The translations under genes were made by a program, and so were the position numbers. The notes under the pieces were generated by a model that did not search any database, was not told the origin of the DNA, and saw nothing but the letters and a program-made list of their open reading frames with translations. This document shows positions 34,475-47,808 of a stretch of DNA of 47,825 nt, in pieces. Numbering within the stretch: position 1 is the first letter of the stretch; each line of letters starts with the position of its first letter. The DNA is taken from positions 1 to 47,825 of the forward strand of contig JBDUEA010000003.1 in assembly GCA_040002695.1 (NCBI GenBank). The letters run 5' to 3'. This stretch comes from Gemmatimonadota bacterium. GTDB taxonomy: Bacteria; Gemmatimonadota; Gemmatimonadetes; Gemmatimonadales; GWC2-71-9.

Positions 34475-35165
34475 GCCACTGATCAACCAGGCCCGGGAGC
34501 GCTTTGCGCTGCAGGATTACTATGGCGCGGTGCATCTCCTGGACGAGGTCGTGACGTCCGGTCGATCGTTCGCCGACGTACACCACCTGCTCGGATTGAG
34601 CTTTGCTCTGCTCGGCCAGCCGGCGCGCGCGCTGGAAGAGTTCGGCCGCGCCCTCGCGCTCAACCCGCGCTACATCGAGGCGCACATCCATCGCGGTATC
34701 CTGCTCACCGACCTTGGGCGCTCGGCCGAGGCTGAGGAGTCGTTCCGCCTGGCGGCGAGCCACAACGCGCAGTCGTCCGCGGGTCTTCCGGCCCATGTCG
34801 CGTCAAGTCTCGCCAATCAGCACGCAGCGCTCGGGGCCGCGTATGCCGAGGCCGGTGTGCTCCGCGAAGCGATCGAGCAGTATCGGCGGGCGACCGAACT
34901 GGGTCCACGCTTCGCGGACATCCGGTATCGGCTCGCTCGGTTGCTGCTCGAGGTGGGCAACGTGCTCGAGGCGCGGGAAGAGCTGGAGCGCGTCGTCGCC
35001 GACCGTCCCAACTTCGTCGATGCCCTCGCAGCGCTGGGACTGGCCCGATATCTCGCGGGAGACACCGCGGGTGCGCAGGAGGTGTGGCACGATTGCCTGG
35101 TTGATCGTCCAAGGAATGCGCGAGTCGAAGCGTATCTCTCGATGCTGGAGCGAACGGCACAGTGA
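34458..35165 (+). CDS. tetratricopeptide repeat protein
   Basis: Repeated TPR units (ALALNPRYIEA, ATELGPRFAD, RPNFVDA); no signal peptide. Confidence 0.88.
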   Translation: MRVSDEPLINQARERFALQDYYGAVHLLDEVVTSGRSFADVHHLLGLSFALLGQPARALEEFGRALALNPRYIEAHIHRGILLTDLGRSAEAEESFRLAASHNAQSSAGLPAHVASSLANQHAALGAAYAEAGVLREAIEQYRRATELGPRFADIRYRLARLLLEVGNVLEAREELERVVADRPNFVDALAALGLARYLAGDTAGAQEVWHDCLVDRPRNARVEAYLSMLERTAQ

Positions 35166-36073
35166 AGCGCTGGGTGGGACTCGCAGGCATCTTCGTGCTG
35201 GCCTGCGGCCACGCGGCCGCGGACCACGACGGACTTGGCGACGCGGCATACGGTCGGGCCGACTATCCGACGGCACTGGCGGAATATCACGCGGCTGCGA
35301 AGAGCGGTGCGGCCGCTCCGCTCCTTGCCAGGATCGGCGCCGCGGCGCTGCACACCGGCGACCTGCGAGAGGCGGCTGACGCATACCGTCGCCTCGCGGC
35401 ACTGGACCCGACCCGTCGGAACGAAGCCGCCGCGGGTCTCGACCGGGTTGCGAGGGCCGCGGATCGGCTCAACGATTCCGCCGCACTGCTCAGTGCGATC
35501 CTGACGCTTCGCTCGATCGCTCCCGACCGCGTGACTGGCCGCCAGGCACTGGGACTCGTCCGGAGCGGGAAACTCGAGCCGGCGGATCTCGTCGGGGCCA
35601 TGCCGTTCGCGCTTGCAGCCGCCGGCGATGGGGACCTCGTCGATTCACTGCTCAACGCCTACGCCGGCGCCCTCCAGGAGACGACCGACTGCGAGGCCGC
35701 CGCGGACGGATTTCAGGCCGTGCTTCGCCGGGCGTCCGAACCGAGAATCCGAATCGTGGCATCTCGGGGCGTCTCCGAGTGTGCACTGACGCTGGGTCGT
35801 GAAGCACTCGAGCTCAGGGAACCGGAGAAGGCGATCCTGTGGTTCCAGCGCGGCGCCACGGCCGACTCCGCCTCCGATACCGGACGGCTTTCGCTCCTCG
35901 GACTGGGCGATGCCCGGCTTTCGCAGGGCGATCTCGTAGGCGCCGCCATAGCTTTTCAGTCGGCCGCATTACGCGACGCAGCTGATTCCATCGGTACCGT
36001 GGCCACCCAGCGGCTCAACGCGCTCAGTACCGCGCCGGTTCAACCCGATTCGTCGTCTTCGAAAGCACCCTGA
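35162..36073 (+). CDS. TPR-like lipoprotein
   Basis: Lipobox VLA-C; Ala-rich helical repeats (GDAAYGRADY..A..EY). Confidence 0.78.
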   Translation: MKRWVGLAGIFVLACGHAAADHDGLGDAAYGRADYPTALAEYHAAAKSGAAAPLLARIGAAALHTGDLREAADAYRRLAALDPTRRNEAAAGLDRVARAADRLNDSAALLSAILTLRSIAPDRVTGRQALGLVRSGKLEPADLVGAMPFALAAAGDGDLVDSLLNAYAGALQETTDCEAAADGFQAVLRRASEPRIRIVASRGVSECALTLGREALELREPEKAILWFQRGATADSASDTGRLSLLGLGDARLSQGDLVGAAIAFQSAALRDAADSIGTVATQRLNALSTAPVQPDSSSSKAP

Positions 36074-36847
36074 ATGCGTCGTTCTATTGTGCTCCTGCTT
36101 CTGCTAGCCGCCTGTGCCCACCGGGCGCCGACAACCGCGCCCGCTACCGTCGCACCGGTGGCGCTGGCGGCGTCGAGCCATGAGATCGACTCGCTATGGA
36201 CCGTGTCCCTGCATCAGTTTCACACGGGACAATTCGCCAAGGCGCAGACGGGTTTCGAGCGACTTACACTCGAGTTTGCTCCGGGAGACAATCGCTCCGG
36301 CAGGGCGCATTTCTACATGGCGGAGTGTTACCTGGCCCAGAAGGAGAATTTGCAGGCGGCCCGCGAATTCCGGCGGGTCTCCGACGAAACCCCCAATGAC
36401 GATCTCGCGCCGCAGGCGCTCCTCCGTGCCGGTGATTCCTACACCGACCTGTGGCGGCGGCCCGAGCTCGATCCCACGTACGGGCAGACGGCACTCGCCA
36501 CCTACCAGGAGCTGCTGACCCGTTATCCGGCCAGCTCGGCCTCGAAGCTTGCGCAGGCGCGGATTCTAGACCTGCAGGAACGCTTCGCGTACAAGTCGTA
36601 TCAGGCCGCGCAGTATTACTTCAAGTTCAAGGCGTACGATTCCGCGATCCTGTATCTCAAGGACCTGATCGCCACCTATCCCAAGTCGCGCATCGCGCCG
36701 CAAGCGCTGGTCAAGCTCGTGCAGGCCTACCGCGTGATCGGCTATCAGGAGGATCTGAAGGAAACCTGCGGATATCTGCGGCGTTTCCACCCGGATGCCC
36801 CCCACGCCGACGAAGTCTGCCCCAAGGATGCGGCCGGCACTTCCTGA
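36074..36847 (+). CDS. bamD: outer membrane protein assembly factor BamD
   Basis: Lipobox LAA-C; TPRs; RPELDPTY..YQELLTRYP.S..AQYYFK.KAYDSA pattern. Confidence 0.85.
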   Translation: MRRSIVLLLLLAACAHRAPTTAPATVAPVALAASSHEIDSLWTVSLHQFHTGQFAKAQTGFERLTLEFAPGDNRSGRAHFYMAECYLAQKENLQAAREFRRVSDETPNDDLAPQALLRAGDSYTDLWRRPELDPTYGQTALATYQELLTRYPASSASKLAQARILDLQERFAYKSYQAAQYYFKFKAYDSAILYLKDLIATYPKSRIAPQALVKLVQAYRVIGYQEDLKETCGYLRRFHPDAPHADEVCPKDAAGTS

Positions 36848-36918
36848 GGGCCTCCTGCTGAACCCGGTGGTCCGGGCCGAATTCGGATTCGGCTCGGGCT
36901 TTCGATTTCCAGGGGCCT
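36848..36918 (+). promoter_or_regulatory. structured intergenic RNA before nadD (terminator/attenuator-like)
   Basis: 14-bp GU-containing stem 36869-36900 followed by TTCGATTT; outer pairing GGGCC(T)CCTG/CAGGGGCCT covers the RBS. Confidence 0.4.
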
Positions 36919-36925
36919 GCTGCCG

Positions 36926-37491
36926 ATGATCGGACTTCTCGGCGGCTCCTTCGACCCAATCCACCACGGACATCTGATCGTAGCCCGCTCGGTGCTCGAG
37001 ACCCTCGGTCTCGACGCAGTACGATTCGTGCCCGCCCGCGATCAGCCGTTCAAGGCGGGACAGCATGGAGTCTCATCCGACCTCCGGGCGCAAATGGTCG
37101 CGCTGGCCATTCGCGGTGAGCCACGATTCGTTCTCGAGCGGGCGGAGCTGGATCGGCCCGGACCCTCCTACACGGTCGATACGCTCCGTGCCCTTCACCT
37201 ACGCGAGCCCGGCGCCGATTTCGCATTGCTCCTCGGCGCGGACGCGGCCGCCGAGTTTCACCTTTGGCGCGAATCTGAGGAGATCCGCCGTTTGGCCCGG
37301 CTGGTGGTCTTCTCGCGTCCCGGCCTTGCCGGCGTACCTGCGGGGCCCGGCCTCGCCCCACTGGCAGTTCCCGCCGTGGACATCTCGGCTACGGATATCA
37401 GGGTGCGCGTTCGGGAGGGCCGGTCGATACGGTACCTGGTTCCGGACGGGGTGGCAGAATTCATCGCCGCGCATCGGTTATATTTGGGGCA

Positions 37492-37495
<4 letters not shown>
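36926..37495 (+). CDS. nadD: nicotinate-nucleotide adenylyltransferase
   Basis: [29 protein letters not shown]. Confidence 0.95.
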
Positions 37496-40632
<3,137 letters not shown>

Positions 40633-40672
40633 GCTAGATCGGCATCACGGACGCCCTGGGCCATTTTCGAGC

Positions 40673-40705
40673 CGCCCTCCGCTTTTCAGCGGGGGGCGTC
40701 GTCTT
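40673..40705 (+). terminator. probable terminator after secA
   Basis: CGCCCTCCGCT-TTTC-AGCGGGGGGCG, weak T tract. Confidence 0.5.
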
Positions 40706-40802
40706 GCGGCCCCGGGGAAATCGTTCTTTCCCGCGCGGTTTCCCGATACGCGCGGGGCGAAAATGTGGTCTCCCGGGTTTGGGGTCGCGGCTACTTTGCC
40801 GC

Positions 40803-41486
40803 ATGCATCGGTCTCCGCCACCCCCCGCCAGGGACGATCTTCCGAGAGAGCGGCTCTGGTCGCTTGGGCCGGCCGCGTTGACGTCGGCCGAACTCGTCGC
40901 AATTCTACTGGGGACGGGGAAACCCGGGACGAGTGCGGGGGCGGTGGCGAGTCGTCTTCTCGAGGCCAATGACGGATCGCTCCGTCGGGTCGCTGCGAGG
41001 CCCGCGGCGGAACTGCAGCACCTGCCGGGTGTCGGACCAGCCAAGGCGGCTCGGCTCGTGGCGGCGTTTGAACTCGCGACCCGGCTCGTCCGGGAAGCGC
41101 GGCCCTCGATGGACCGCATCCGCGAGCCGGAAGATGTCTGGCGCCTGGTCTCTCCCCGGCTGCGTGATCTGCAGGTCGAGGAGTTTCATCTCCTCGCGCT
41201 CGACAGCCAGAGTCAGGTCCTGCGTGATGTGCTCGTCACCCGCGGCCTGTTGAACAGCTCACTGGTGCATCCGCGCGAAGTCTTCCGGGCAGCAATCTCG
41301 GAAGCCGCTGCGGGGATCATCGTGGTTCACAATCATCCGAGTGGAGATCCGACGCCCTCGGCCGAAGACCGCGCCGTGACTCGCCAGCTTGTGGAGGCGG
41401 GCCGGTTGCTGGATCTGCCGGTGTATGATCATGTCATCATCGCGGGAGACCGATTCTTGAGCTTCGCTACCGCTGGTCTGTTGTGA
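40803..41486 (+). CDS. radC: RadC family protein (JAB domain + HhH)
   Basis: PRERL..L..AELVAILL, GVGPAKA, HPREVF, HNHPSGDPTPS.ED, DHVII; start taken as ATG 40803. Confidence 0.94.
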   Translation: MHRSPPPPARDDLPRERLWSLGPAALTSAELVAILLGTGKPGTSAGAVASRLLEANDGSLRRVAARPAAELQHLPGVGPAKAARLVAAFELATRLVREARPSMDRIREPEDVWRLVSPRLRDLQVEEFHLLALDSQSQVLRDVLVTRGLLNSSLVHPREVFRAAISEAAAGIIVVHNHPSGDPTPSAEDRAVTRQLVEAGRLLDLPVYDHVIIAGDRFLSFATAGLL

Positions 41487-43654
41487 CTGGCACCCTGCCC
41501 GATCTCGCGCCTGAATTCCGGGCGGTGCTGGAGCGCCATGCGGACCGGCTCGATCTGGACCTGATCGAGCGGGCCCTCCGCTTCAGCGCGTCGGCACATC
41601 GGGGGCAGAAGCGGATCTCCGGCGAAGACTTCATCCATCACAGCATCGCAGTCGCGCTCACGCTCGTCGACCAGCTCCTCGATTCGACGTCAATTGCGGC
41701 CGCGCTCCTGCATGATGTCGTGGAAGATGCCGACGTCAGGGTCGAAGACATCAGCCGGGAATTCGGCCCCGAAGTCGCGGGCATCGTCGAAGGCCTCACC
41801 AAGATCTCGAGCCTCACCTTTCGTTCGTCCGCCGAGCAGCAGGTCGAGAACTACCGGAAGCTCCTGCTCTCGATCGCCAAAGACGCGCGAGTCATCATCA
41901 TCAAGCTCGCCGACCGGCTGCACAACATGCGCACGCTCGATCCGCTGCCGCCGGAGAAGCGCGCGCGGATCGCGACCGAAACCCGGGAGATCTACGCTCC
42001 TCTGGCGCATCGGTTCGGCATGGCCGGCGTGAAGGCGGAGCTCGAGGACCTGGCATTCAAGTTCCTGGAACCCGACGAGTACCTCTCGCTGGTCCAGCAG
42101 GTTGCCGCCAAGAAGTCGGCGCGAGAACAGCTGATTCTCAAGCTCAAGACTCCGCTCGAATACGAGCTCCGGCGCGCGGGGATCGACTGGTTCGAGGTGA
42201 CGGGCCGGCCCAAGCATCTCTGGTCCATTTTTCAGAAGATGCGGAAGCGCAACAAGCCCTTCGATGAGATCTATGATCTCATGGCGATCCGCGTGCTCGT
42301 CCGCACTGTGCCCGAGTGCTACCACGTGCTCGGCATCATCCACCATAACTGGACCCCGATCCAGGAGCGCATCAAGGACTATATCGCGAGCCCCAAGTCG
42401 AATGCGTACCAGTCCCTCCATACGACGATCTTCGGGCCGGGCGGGCAGCTCTTCGAGGTGCAGATTCGGACGCAGGAGATGCATCGCACGGCGGAGTTCG
42501 GTATCGCGGCGCACTGGTTGTACAAGAGCGATGGTCGCGGCGCGGACGAGCTCGACCATCACCTGGGCTGGTTCCGCCAGCTGCTCGAGTTGCAGCAGGA
42601 CGCTCACACGCCCGAAGAGTTCCTCGAATTCCTGAAGATTGACCTGTATCAGGACGAGATCTTCGTGTTCACGCCGCAGGGTGACGTGAAGCGGCTCCCC
42701 AAGGGCGCTACCCCGATCGATTTCGCATTCCTGGTGCACACGGAGGTCGGTCTCCGGTGCCAGGGCGCGAAGATCAATGGACGCATCGCACCGCTGCACC
42801 GCGAACTGCGGAATGGCGATACCATCGAGATTCTGACCGGAGCGGCCGCCCGTCCCAGCCGTGACTGGCTCAGTCACGTCCGGACCGCCCGGGCCCGGCA
42901 CAAGATCAAGGGCTGGATCCGCCACGAAGAGGAACAGGTCAGCCAGGGACTCGGTCGCGAGATCCTCGCCCGCGAGACGAAACGTCGCCGGCTGGAGACG
43001 CCCGATGTCGAACGGCTCCAGCGAGCGGCGGAAGCCATCGGTCTTCTCGACGGAACCGCACTTGAGGTTGCACTCGGCCGCGGTGACGTCTCGATCGGTC
43101 AGGTCATCCGCACACTCTATCCGGATCTGCCGACCGACGAATCCCCCGAGCCCAAGACGAACGTGCTGGGTCGGGTCATCGATCGCTTGCGGATGGGGCG
43201 GGGCATTCGCATCCAGGGCGTGGACGGTCTGGTGGTCCGGTATGCCCAGTGCTGCCAGCCAGTCCCTGGCGACTCCGTCGTCGGGTACGTGACGCAGGGC
43301 CGGGGCATCTCGATTCACCGCGCCGATTGTCCCAACCTGCTCACGCTGTCCGGTGAGGACCGGCGGGTTGAAATCGACTGGCGAGAGGTGGCGGGGGAGG
43401 CGTTTGCCGTACGGCTCGCCGTGAGCGCGGAGGAGCGCCGCGGTCTGTACGCCGATATCATGGAGGCGATCAGCCAGAGCGGCACCAATATCAAGGGTGC
43501 GGATCTGCAGACCAAGGATGGTACGGTCTACGGCACCGTGTTCGTCGAGGTCGATAACCTCCCCCACCTGGCCAAAGTGATCAAGGCGGTACGGAAGGTG
43601 AAAGGGGTGACCGACGTCGAGCGGCGCGAACCGAGCCCGACCACCGGACCGTGA
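41483..43654 (+). CDS. rel: bifunctional (p)ppGpp synthetase/hydrolase (long RSH)
   Basis: HD motif LLHDVVED, KLADRLHNMRT, RIKD, YQSLHT, EVQIRT, TGS, CCQPVPGD..H..C, ACT domain. Confidence 0.95.
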   Translation: MTGTLPDLAPEFRAVLERHADRLDLDLIERALRFSASAHRGQKRISGEDFIHHSIAVALTLVDQLLDSTSIAAALLHDVVEDADVRVEDISREFGPEVAGIVEGLTKISSLTFRSSAEQQVENYRKLLLSIAKDARVIIIKLADRLHNMRTLDPLPPEKRARIATETREIYAPLAHRFGMAGVKAELEDLAFKFLEPDEYLSLVQQVAAKKSAREQLILKLKTPLEYELRRAGIDWFEVTGRPKHLWSIFQKMRKRNKPFDEIYDLMAIRVLVRTVPECYHVLGIIHHNWTPIQERIKDYIASPKSNAYQSLHTTIFGPGGQLFEVQIRTQEMHRTAEFGIAAHWLYKSDGRGADELDHHLGWFRQLLELQQDAHTPEEFLEFLKIDLYQDEIFVFTPQGDVKRLPKGATPIDFAFLVHTEVGLRCQGAKINGRIAPLHRELRNGDTIEILTGAAARPSRDWLSHVRTARARHKIKGWIRHEEEQVSQGLGREILARETKRRRLETPDVERLQRAAEAIGLLDGTALEVALGRGDVSIGQVIRTLYPDLPTDESPEPKTNVLGRVIDRLRMGRGIRIQGVDGLVVRYAQCCQPVPGDSVVGYVTQGRGISIHRADCPNLLTLSGEDRRVEIDWREVAGEAFAVRLAVSAEERRGLYADIMEAISQSGTNIKGADLQTKDGTVYGTVFVEVDNLPHLAKVIKAVRKVKGVTDVERREPSPTTGP

Positions 43655-43689
43655 CAGTCCTCGGGACGGCGCAGGGTTAGATTCTCGGG

Positions 43690-44118
43690 ATGTCGAATTT
43701 CTGGCTGTTCAAGACCGAGCCCCGCTCCTATTCGTACGACCAGCTCGAGCGAGATGGCAGTGCTGTCTGGGACGGAGTGCGCAACAACCTCGCGCTGATG
43801 CACCTGCGGGCGATGAAGTCCAGCGACCGGGTCATGATTTATCATTCCGGCGCCGTGAAGGAAATCGTGGGCCTCGCCCGGCTGACCTCCAAGGCCTACC
43901 CCGACCCGAAACTGACCGATCCGAAGCTGGTGGTAGTCGATCTCTCCCCTATAGGTCGCCTCCCCAAGCCGATCCCCCTGGCCGAGGTCAAGGGCGAGCC
44001 TGCCCTCCAGGATCTGGCGCTGGTTCGGATGACCAGGCTCTCCGTCATGCCGGTTACCGCCGCTCAGTGGGAACGACTGCTCGCGATGTCCGGCTCCACG
44101 CAAGCCAAGCCCGCCTGA
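43690..44118 (+). CDS. EVE domain protein
   Basis: WLFKTEP..YSY..WDGVRN..YHSG..YPDP..RLSVMPV. Confidence 0.93.
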   Translation: MSNFWLFKTEPRSYSYDQLERDGSAVWDGVRNNLALMHLRAMKSSDRVMIYHSGAVKEIVGLARLTSKAYPDPKLTDPKLVVVDLSPIGRLPKPIPLAEVKGEPALQDLALVRMTRLSVMPVTAAQWERLLAMSGSTQAKPA

Positions 44119-44149
44119 CCGAACAAAAACCGATAGACTCCATTATAAT
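44119..44149 (+). promoter_or_regulatory. uvrB promoter region (leaderless; candidate operator)
   Basis: TATAAT (44144-44149) lies 6 nt before the ATG; direct repeat CCGAA-N6-CCGAT upstream. Confidence 0.55.
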
Positions 44150-44155
44150 TGCGGT

Positions 44156-46195
44156 ATGCCCAGTCCAAAATTTCAGGTTCAGGCGCCTTTCGAGCCTGCC
44201 GGCGACCAGCCGCGCGCCATCCAGGAGCTCACCCAGGCTCTTCGCCGGGGAGACAAGTATCAGACGCTGCTCGGGGTCACCGGCAGCGGCAAGACCATGA
44301 CGCTGGCTCACGCCATCGCGGCTTACGGCAAGCCCACCCTGGTCCTCAGTCATAACAAGACGTTGGCCGCGCAGTTGTACGGCGAGTTGAAACAGTTTCT
44401 TCCGACGAATGCAGTCGAATATTTCGTCTCCTATTACGACTACTACCAGCCGGAAGCGTACGTCCCCTCGACGGATGTTTATATCGAGAAGGATGCCTCG
44501 ATCAACCAGGACATCGAGAGCCTCCGGTTGCGCGCGACGTCGAGCCTGATGGAGCGGGAAGACGTCGTCATCGTGGCTACCGTCAGCGCGATCTACGGCC
44601 TCGGCGATCCGAAGGAATATCGCAATCTCATGCTCAACGCCGAGGTGGGTGAATCCCCCGGGCGTGACGGCGTGCTCGCGGATCTCGTGCGCATTCAATA
44701 CTCCCGCAACGACGTGTCCTTCGAACAGGGCACCTTCCGTGTGCGGGGCGATACCATCGAGATCTTCCCCGCCTACGCCGAGCAGGCGATTCGCATCGAG
44801 TTGTGGGGAGACAAGATCGAGCGAATCACCAAGATCAACCCGCTCACCGGCGACGCTGTCCAGCAGCTCTCGCGATGCGCGATCTATCCGGCGAAGCACT
44901 TCGTGACCCAGCGCGCGACGATCGAGCGCGCAGTCGGCATAATTCGCACGGAGCTGGTCGGGCGCCTGGCGGAGTTGCGCGGCACCGGCAAACTGCTCGA
45001 GGCGCAACGCCTCGAGTCGCGGACCAACTTCGACATCGAGATGCTGCTGGAGGTCGGTACGTGTGCTGGCATCGAGAACTACTCGCGCCACCTGACCGGG
45101 AGACGCGAGGGAGAGCGGCCGGCCTGTCTCTTCGACTACTTCCCGCCGGATTTCCTCGTGGTAGTAGACGAATCTCACGTCACCCTGCCGCAGATCGGCG
45201 GCATGTTCAATGGAGACCGCGCCCGGAAGACGACGCTCGTGGACTACGGATTCCGCCTGCCCTCCGCGCTCGACAACCGGCCGCTGCAGTTCGAAGAGTT
45301 CATGCAGCTGGTGCCCCAGATGGTCGCGGTCTCTGCTACGCCCGGCGAGCTCGAGCTTTCACTAAGCGGTGGCGTCATCGTCGAGCAGATTATCCGGCCG
45401 ACCGGTCTGATCGACCCGGAGGTGACCATCCGTCCGGTGAAGGGCCAGGTCGACGATCTTCTCGGTGAGATCCGGCTTCGAGCGGCGAAGAGCGAGCGGG
45501 TCCTCGTCACGACGCTCACGAAGCGGATGTCCGAGGATCTCACGGATTATCTGCAGCAGACGGGTGTCAGGGTGCGGTATCTGCATTCCGACATCGACGC
45601 CATCGAACGCATGGAAATCCTTCGAGGACTGCGCCTCGGTGAATTCGATGTGCTCGTGGGCATCAACCTGCTGCGAGAAGGGCTCGATCTTCCCGAGGTA
45701 TCGCTGGTCGCGATTCTCGATGCCGACCAGGAGGGATTTCTCCGGTCCGATCGTTCGCTCATTCAGACCGTTGGACGTGCCGCACGGCACGTGAATGGCC
45801 GCGCCATTCTGTATGCGGACCGGATGACAGGATCGATGCAGCGGGCGATCGCCGAGATGGATCGGCGGCGCACGATCCAGGTCGCACACAACCTCGAGCA
45901 CCATATCATCCCGACGTCGATCATCAAGTCGATGGAGCAGGTGAGGCTGACGACGCGCGTCGCTGATGCCCGTACGGAGAAGGTGGCTGCGGCATCGCCC
46001 TCGCTCGTTGAGCTCGATTTCCGCGATCCTGCGAAGCGAGCCACCACCATCGCCGCGCTGGAGCGACAGATGAAAGAGGCCGCGGCGAATCTGGAATTCG
46101 AACTCGCCGCGCTCTTGCGGGACCAGGTCAACGAACTGCGCGCCCTCGGCGGCGCTGACGTGCGCCGGGAGCCGGCGACGCGCCGGCGGGCATGA
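44156..46195 (+). CDS. uvrB: excinuclease ABC subunit B
   Basis: [42 protein letters not shown]-terminal UVR domain. Confidence 0.98.
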   Translation: MPSPKFQVQAPFEPAGDQPRAIQELTQALRRGDKYQTLLGVTGSGKTMTLAHAIAAYGKPTLVLSHNKTLAAQLYGELKQFLPTNAVEYFVSYYDYYQPEAYVPSTDVYIEKDASINQDIESLRLRATSSLMEREDVVIVATVSAIYGLGDPKEYRNLMLNAEVGESPGRDGVLADLVRIQYSRNDVSFEQGTFRVRGDTIEIFPAYAEQAIRIELWGDKIERITKINPLTGDAVQQLSRCAIYPAKHFVTQRATIERAVGIIRTELVGRLAELRGTGKLLEAQRLESRTNFDIEMLLEVGTCAGIENYSRHLTGRREGERPACLFDYFPPDFLVVVDESHVTLPQIGGMFNGDRARKTTLVDYGFRLPSALDNRPLQFEEFMQLVPQMVAVSATPGELELSLSGGVIVEQIIRPTGLIDPEVTIRPVKGQVDDLLGEIRLRAAKSERVLVTTLTKRMSEDLTDYLQQTGVRVRYLHSDIDAIERMEILRGLRLGEFDVLVGINLLREGLDLPEVSLVAILDADQEGFLRSDRSLIQTVGRAARHVNGRAILYADRMTGSMQRAIAEMDRRRTIQVAHNLEHHIIPTSIIKSMEQVRLTTRVADARTEKVAAASPSLVELDFRDPAKRATTIAALERQMKEAAANLEFELAALLRDQVNELRALGGADVRREPATRRRA

Positions 46196-46605
46196 CCGTG
46201 GAAGTGCTGACAGAAGCGGAGTTGGTGGCCGCGGGAGAATCACTCGCGCGGGCACTGCCACCGGGCGCCGTCATTCTGCTCGAGGGAGATCTCGGCGCCG
46301 GCAAGACCACCTTCGTCCGGGCGATCGCGCACGGACTCGGCGTAAGCGCGGAGGCGACCAGCCCGACCTATGCGCTGGTGCACCGGTACACCGGGCGGCG
46401 TGGTCCGGTCTTTCACCTGGATTGTTACCGTCTGCGGAACGTCGAGGAAGCCGCGGATCTCGACTGGGGGGCTCTGGAGTCGGAAGGCGATGCCTTGCTC
46501 GTTGAATGGCCTGACCGCGCGGGACCCTGGGTGCCGCCGGCCACGCACCGGTTTCGGTTGCATCATGTGGCAGACCCTGACCGGCGGGGGCTCGAGCGCA
46601 TCTGA
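46192..46605 (+). CDS. tsaE: t6A biosynthesis ATPase TsaE
   Basis: [24 protein letters not shown]. Confidence 0.95.
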   Translation: MTVEVLTEAELVAAGESLARALPPGAVILLEGDLGAGKTTFVRAIAHGLGVSAEATSPTYALVHRYTGRRGPVFHLDCYRLRNVEEAADLDWGALESEGDALLVEWPDRAGPWVPPATHRFRLHHVADPDRRGLERI

Positions 46606-47318
46606 TGTGGCTCGCCATCGAGACCGCCGGAGATCAGGCCTCTGTGGCCGTTGGAAGTTCCTCGGGCGTCCGCGCAGAAACCTCGATCAGTGGCGCGCGA
46701 CGGCATGCCGCCGCACTGGTGCCGCTGATGCAGGCCGCGCTCCGTGAGTCGGAGGCGACGCTCGACGACATCGAGGGTGTCCTGATCGCGGATGGCCCGG
46801 GAAGTTTTACCGGCCTTCGGGTTGGGGCGAGCGTCGCCAAGGCGCTGGCGCACGTACGCGGGCTTCCGCTCTGGAGCAGCTCGACGCTGCTGGTCTCTGC
46901 CGCCGGCGTGGCGTGCGACGAGGGGGAACGCGTCTTCGTCGTGAGCGAGGCCCTCCGGGGCGAGGTGTACGCCGCCTCGTATCGCTTGTGGCAGAGTCGG
47001 GTCGAGACTCTCTCCGCGCCCGCGGTAAAAAGGCCGGATGAGCTTGGGCAGGAGTATGCTGCAGCGGACACGCTGACGGTTTGCGGTTACGAGGGTCTCG
47101 CGAATAGACTCCCCTCATTCTCCGGGCGGGTAGTTGGTGCTCCCGGTGCGCTGCCAAGGGCTGCGACGCTTATCGGATTGCTCGGTCGCGCCGGCGCGAT
47201 GACACGTCAGATGGATCCGGGAAACTGGGAGCCCGAGTATGGCCGACCCGCAGAAGCGCAGGCCCGCTGGGAAGCCGAGCATGGACGTCGACTTCCGGAT
47301 TCGACTCGCGCAGGCTGA
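46605..47318 (+). CDS. tsaB: t6A biosynthesis protein TsaB
   Basis: LAIET, H, GPGSFTGLRVG..AKAL, EPEY. Confidence 0.93.
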   Translation: MWLAIETAGDQASVAVGSSSGVRAETSISGARRHAAALVPLMQAALRESEATLDDIEGVLIADGPGSFTGLRVGASVAKALAHVRGLPLWSSSTLLVSAAGVACDEGERVFVVSEALRGEVYAASYRLWQSRVETLSAPAVKRPDELGQEYAAADTLTVCGYEGLANRLPSFSGRVVGAPGALPRAATLIGLLGRAGAMTRQMDPGNWEPEYGRPAEAQARWEAEHGRRLPDSTRAG

Positions 47319-47751
47319 GGATGCGGCCGCGCTCAGCGGACTCGAACGGCGCTGCTTCTCCGATCCGTGGAGCACTGGTGGCTTTCGCGAGGCGCTCGCC
47401 ACGGCAGGCGGATTCGGACTGCTCGCCGCCTCGACCGCGTCCAAGGAGGATCACCCGCTCGGCTATCTGATTGGCAGGTGGCTGCTGGATGAAGGCGAGG
47501 TGCTGAACCTGGCCGTCGCGCCCGAATACCGCGGCGTCGGCATCGGCCGGGCGCTGCTGGACGCCGGACTCGACCATTTTCGGAGTTGTGGTGTTGCCGA
47601 GGTATTCCTGGAGGTGCGTGAGTCCAACCGGCACGCTCAGGAGCTCTATCTCGCGAACGGGTTTCGGCCCGTCGGGCAACGCAAATCATATTACCGTAGT
47701 CCGCGCGAGGACGCGCTCGTCTTCAGACGGCCGCTCGATCCCTCTGCGTGA
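47281..47751 (+). CDS. rimI: ribosomal protein S18 alanine N-acetyltransferase
   Basis: ERRCFSDPWS, NLAVAPEYRGVGIG, FLEVRESN, RKSYY..EDA; canonical position after tsaB. Confidence 0.93.
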   Translation: MDVDFRIRLAQAEDAAALSGLERRCFSDPWSTGGFREALATAGGFGLLAASTASKEDHPLGYLIGRWLLDEGEVLNLAVAPEYRGVGIGRALLDAGLDHFRSCGVAEVFLEVRESNRHAQELYLANGFRPVGQRKSYYRSPREDALVFRRPLDPSA

Positions 47752-47777
47752 TTGTGGTTCGGGTGGCGTGAGTTTGG

Positions 47778-47808
47778 TTGACAACGTTATTTGCGGGGCC
47801 AATATTTT
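47778..47808 (+). promoter_or_regulatory. promoter for a gene beyond the window
   Basis: TTGACA-17-AATATT (or TTGACA-19-TATTTT). Confidence 0.55.

Noticed and set aside
40803-41486. radC as a marker of a mobile element
   Set aside because: It is the full-length chromosomal form with HhH, overlaps rel, and has no mobility genes nearby.
41690-43567. 625-aa antisense ORF, and similar long minus-strand ORFs (e.g. 2027-3322, 8813-10015, 12917-14119, 23455-24750, 29840-31219, 31198-32553)
   Set aside because: They lie antisense to well-conserved genes and show no motifs. They are the expected shadow of GC-rich codon bias, which depletes antisense stop codons.
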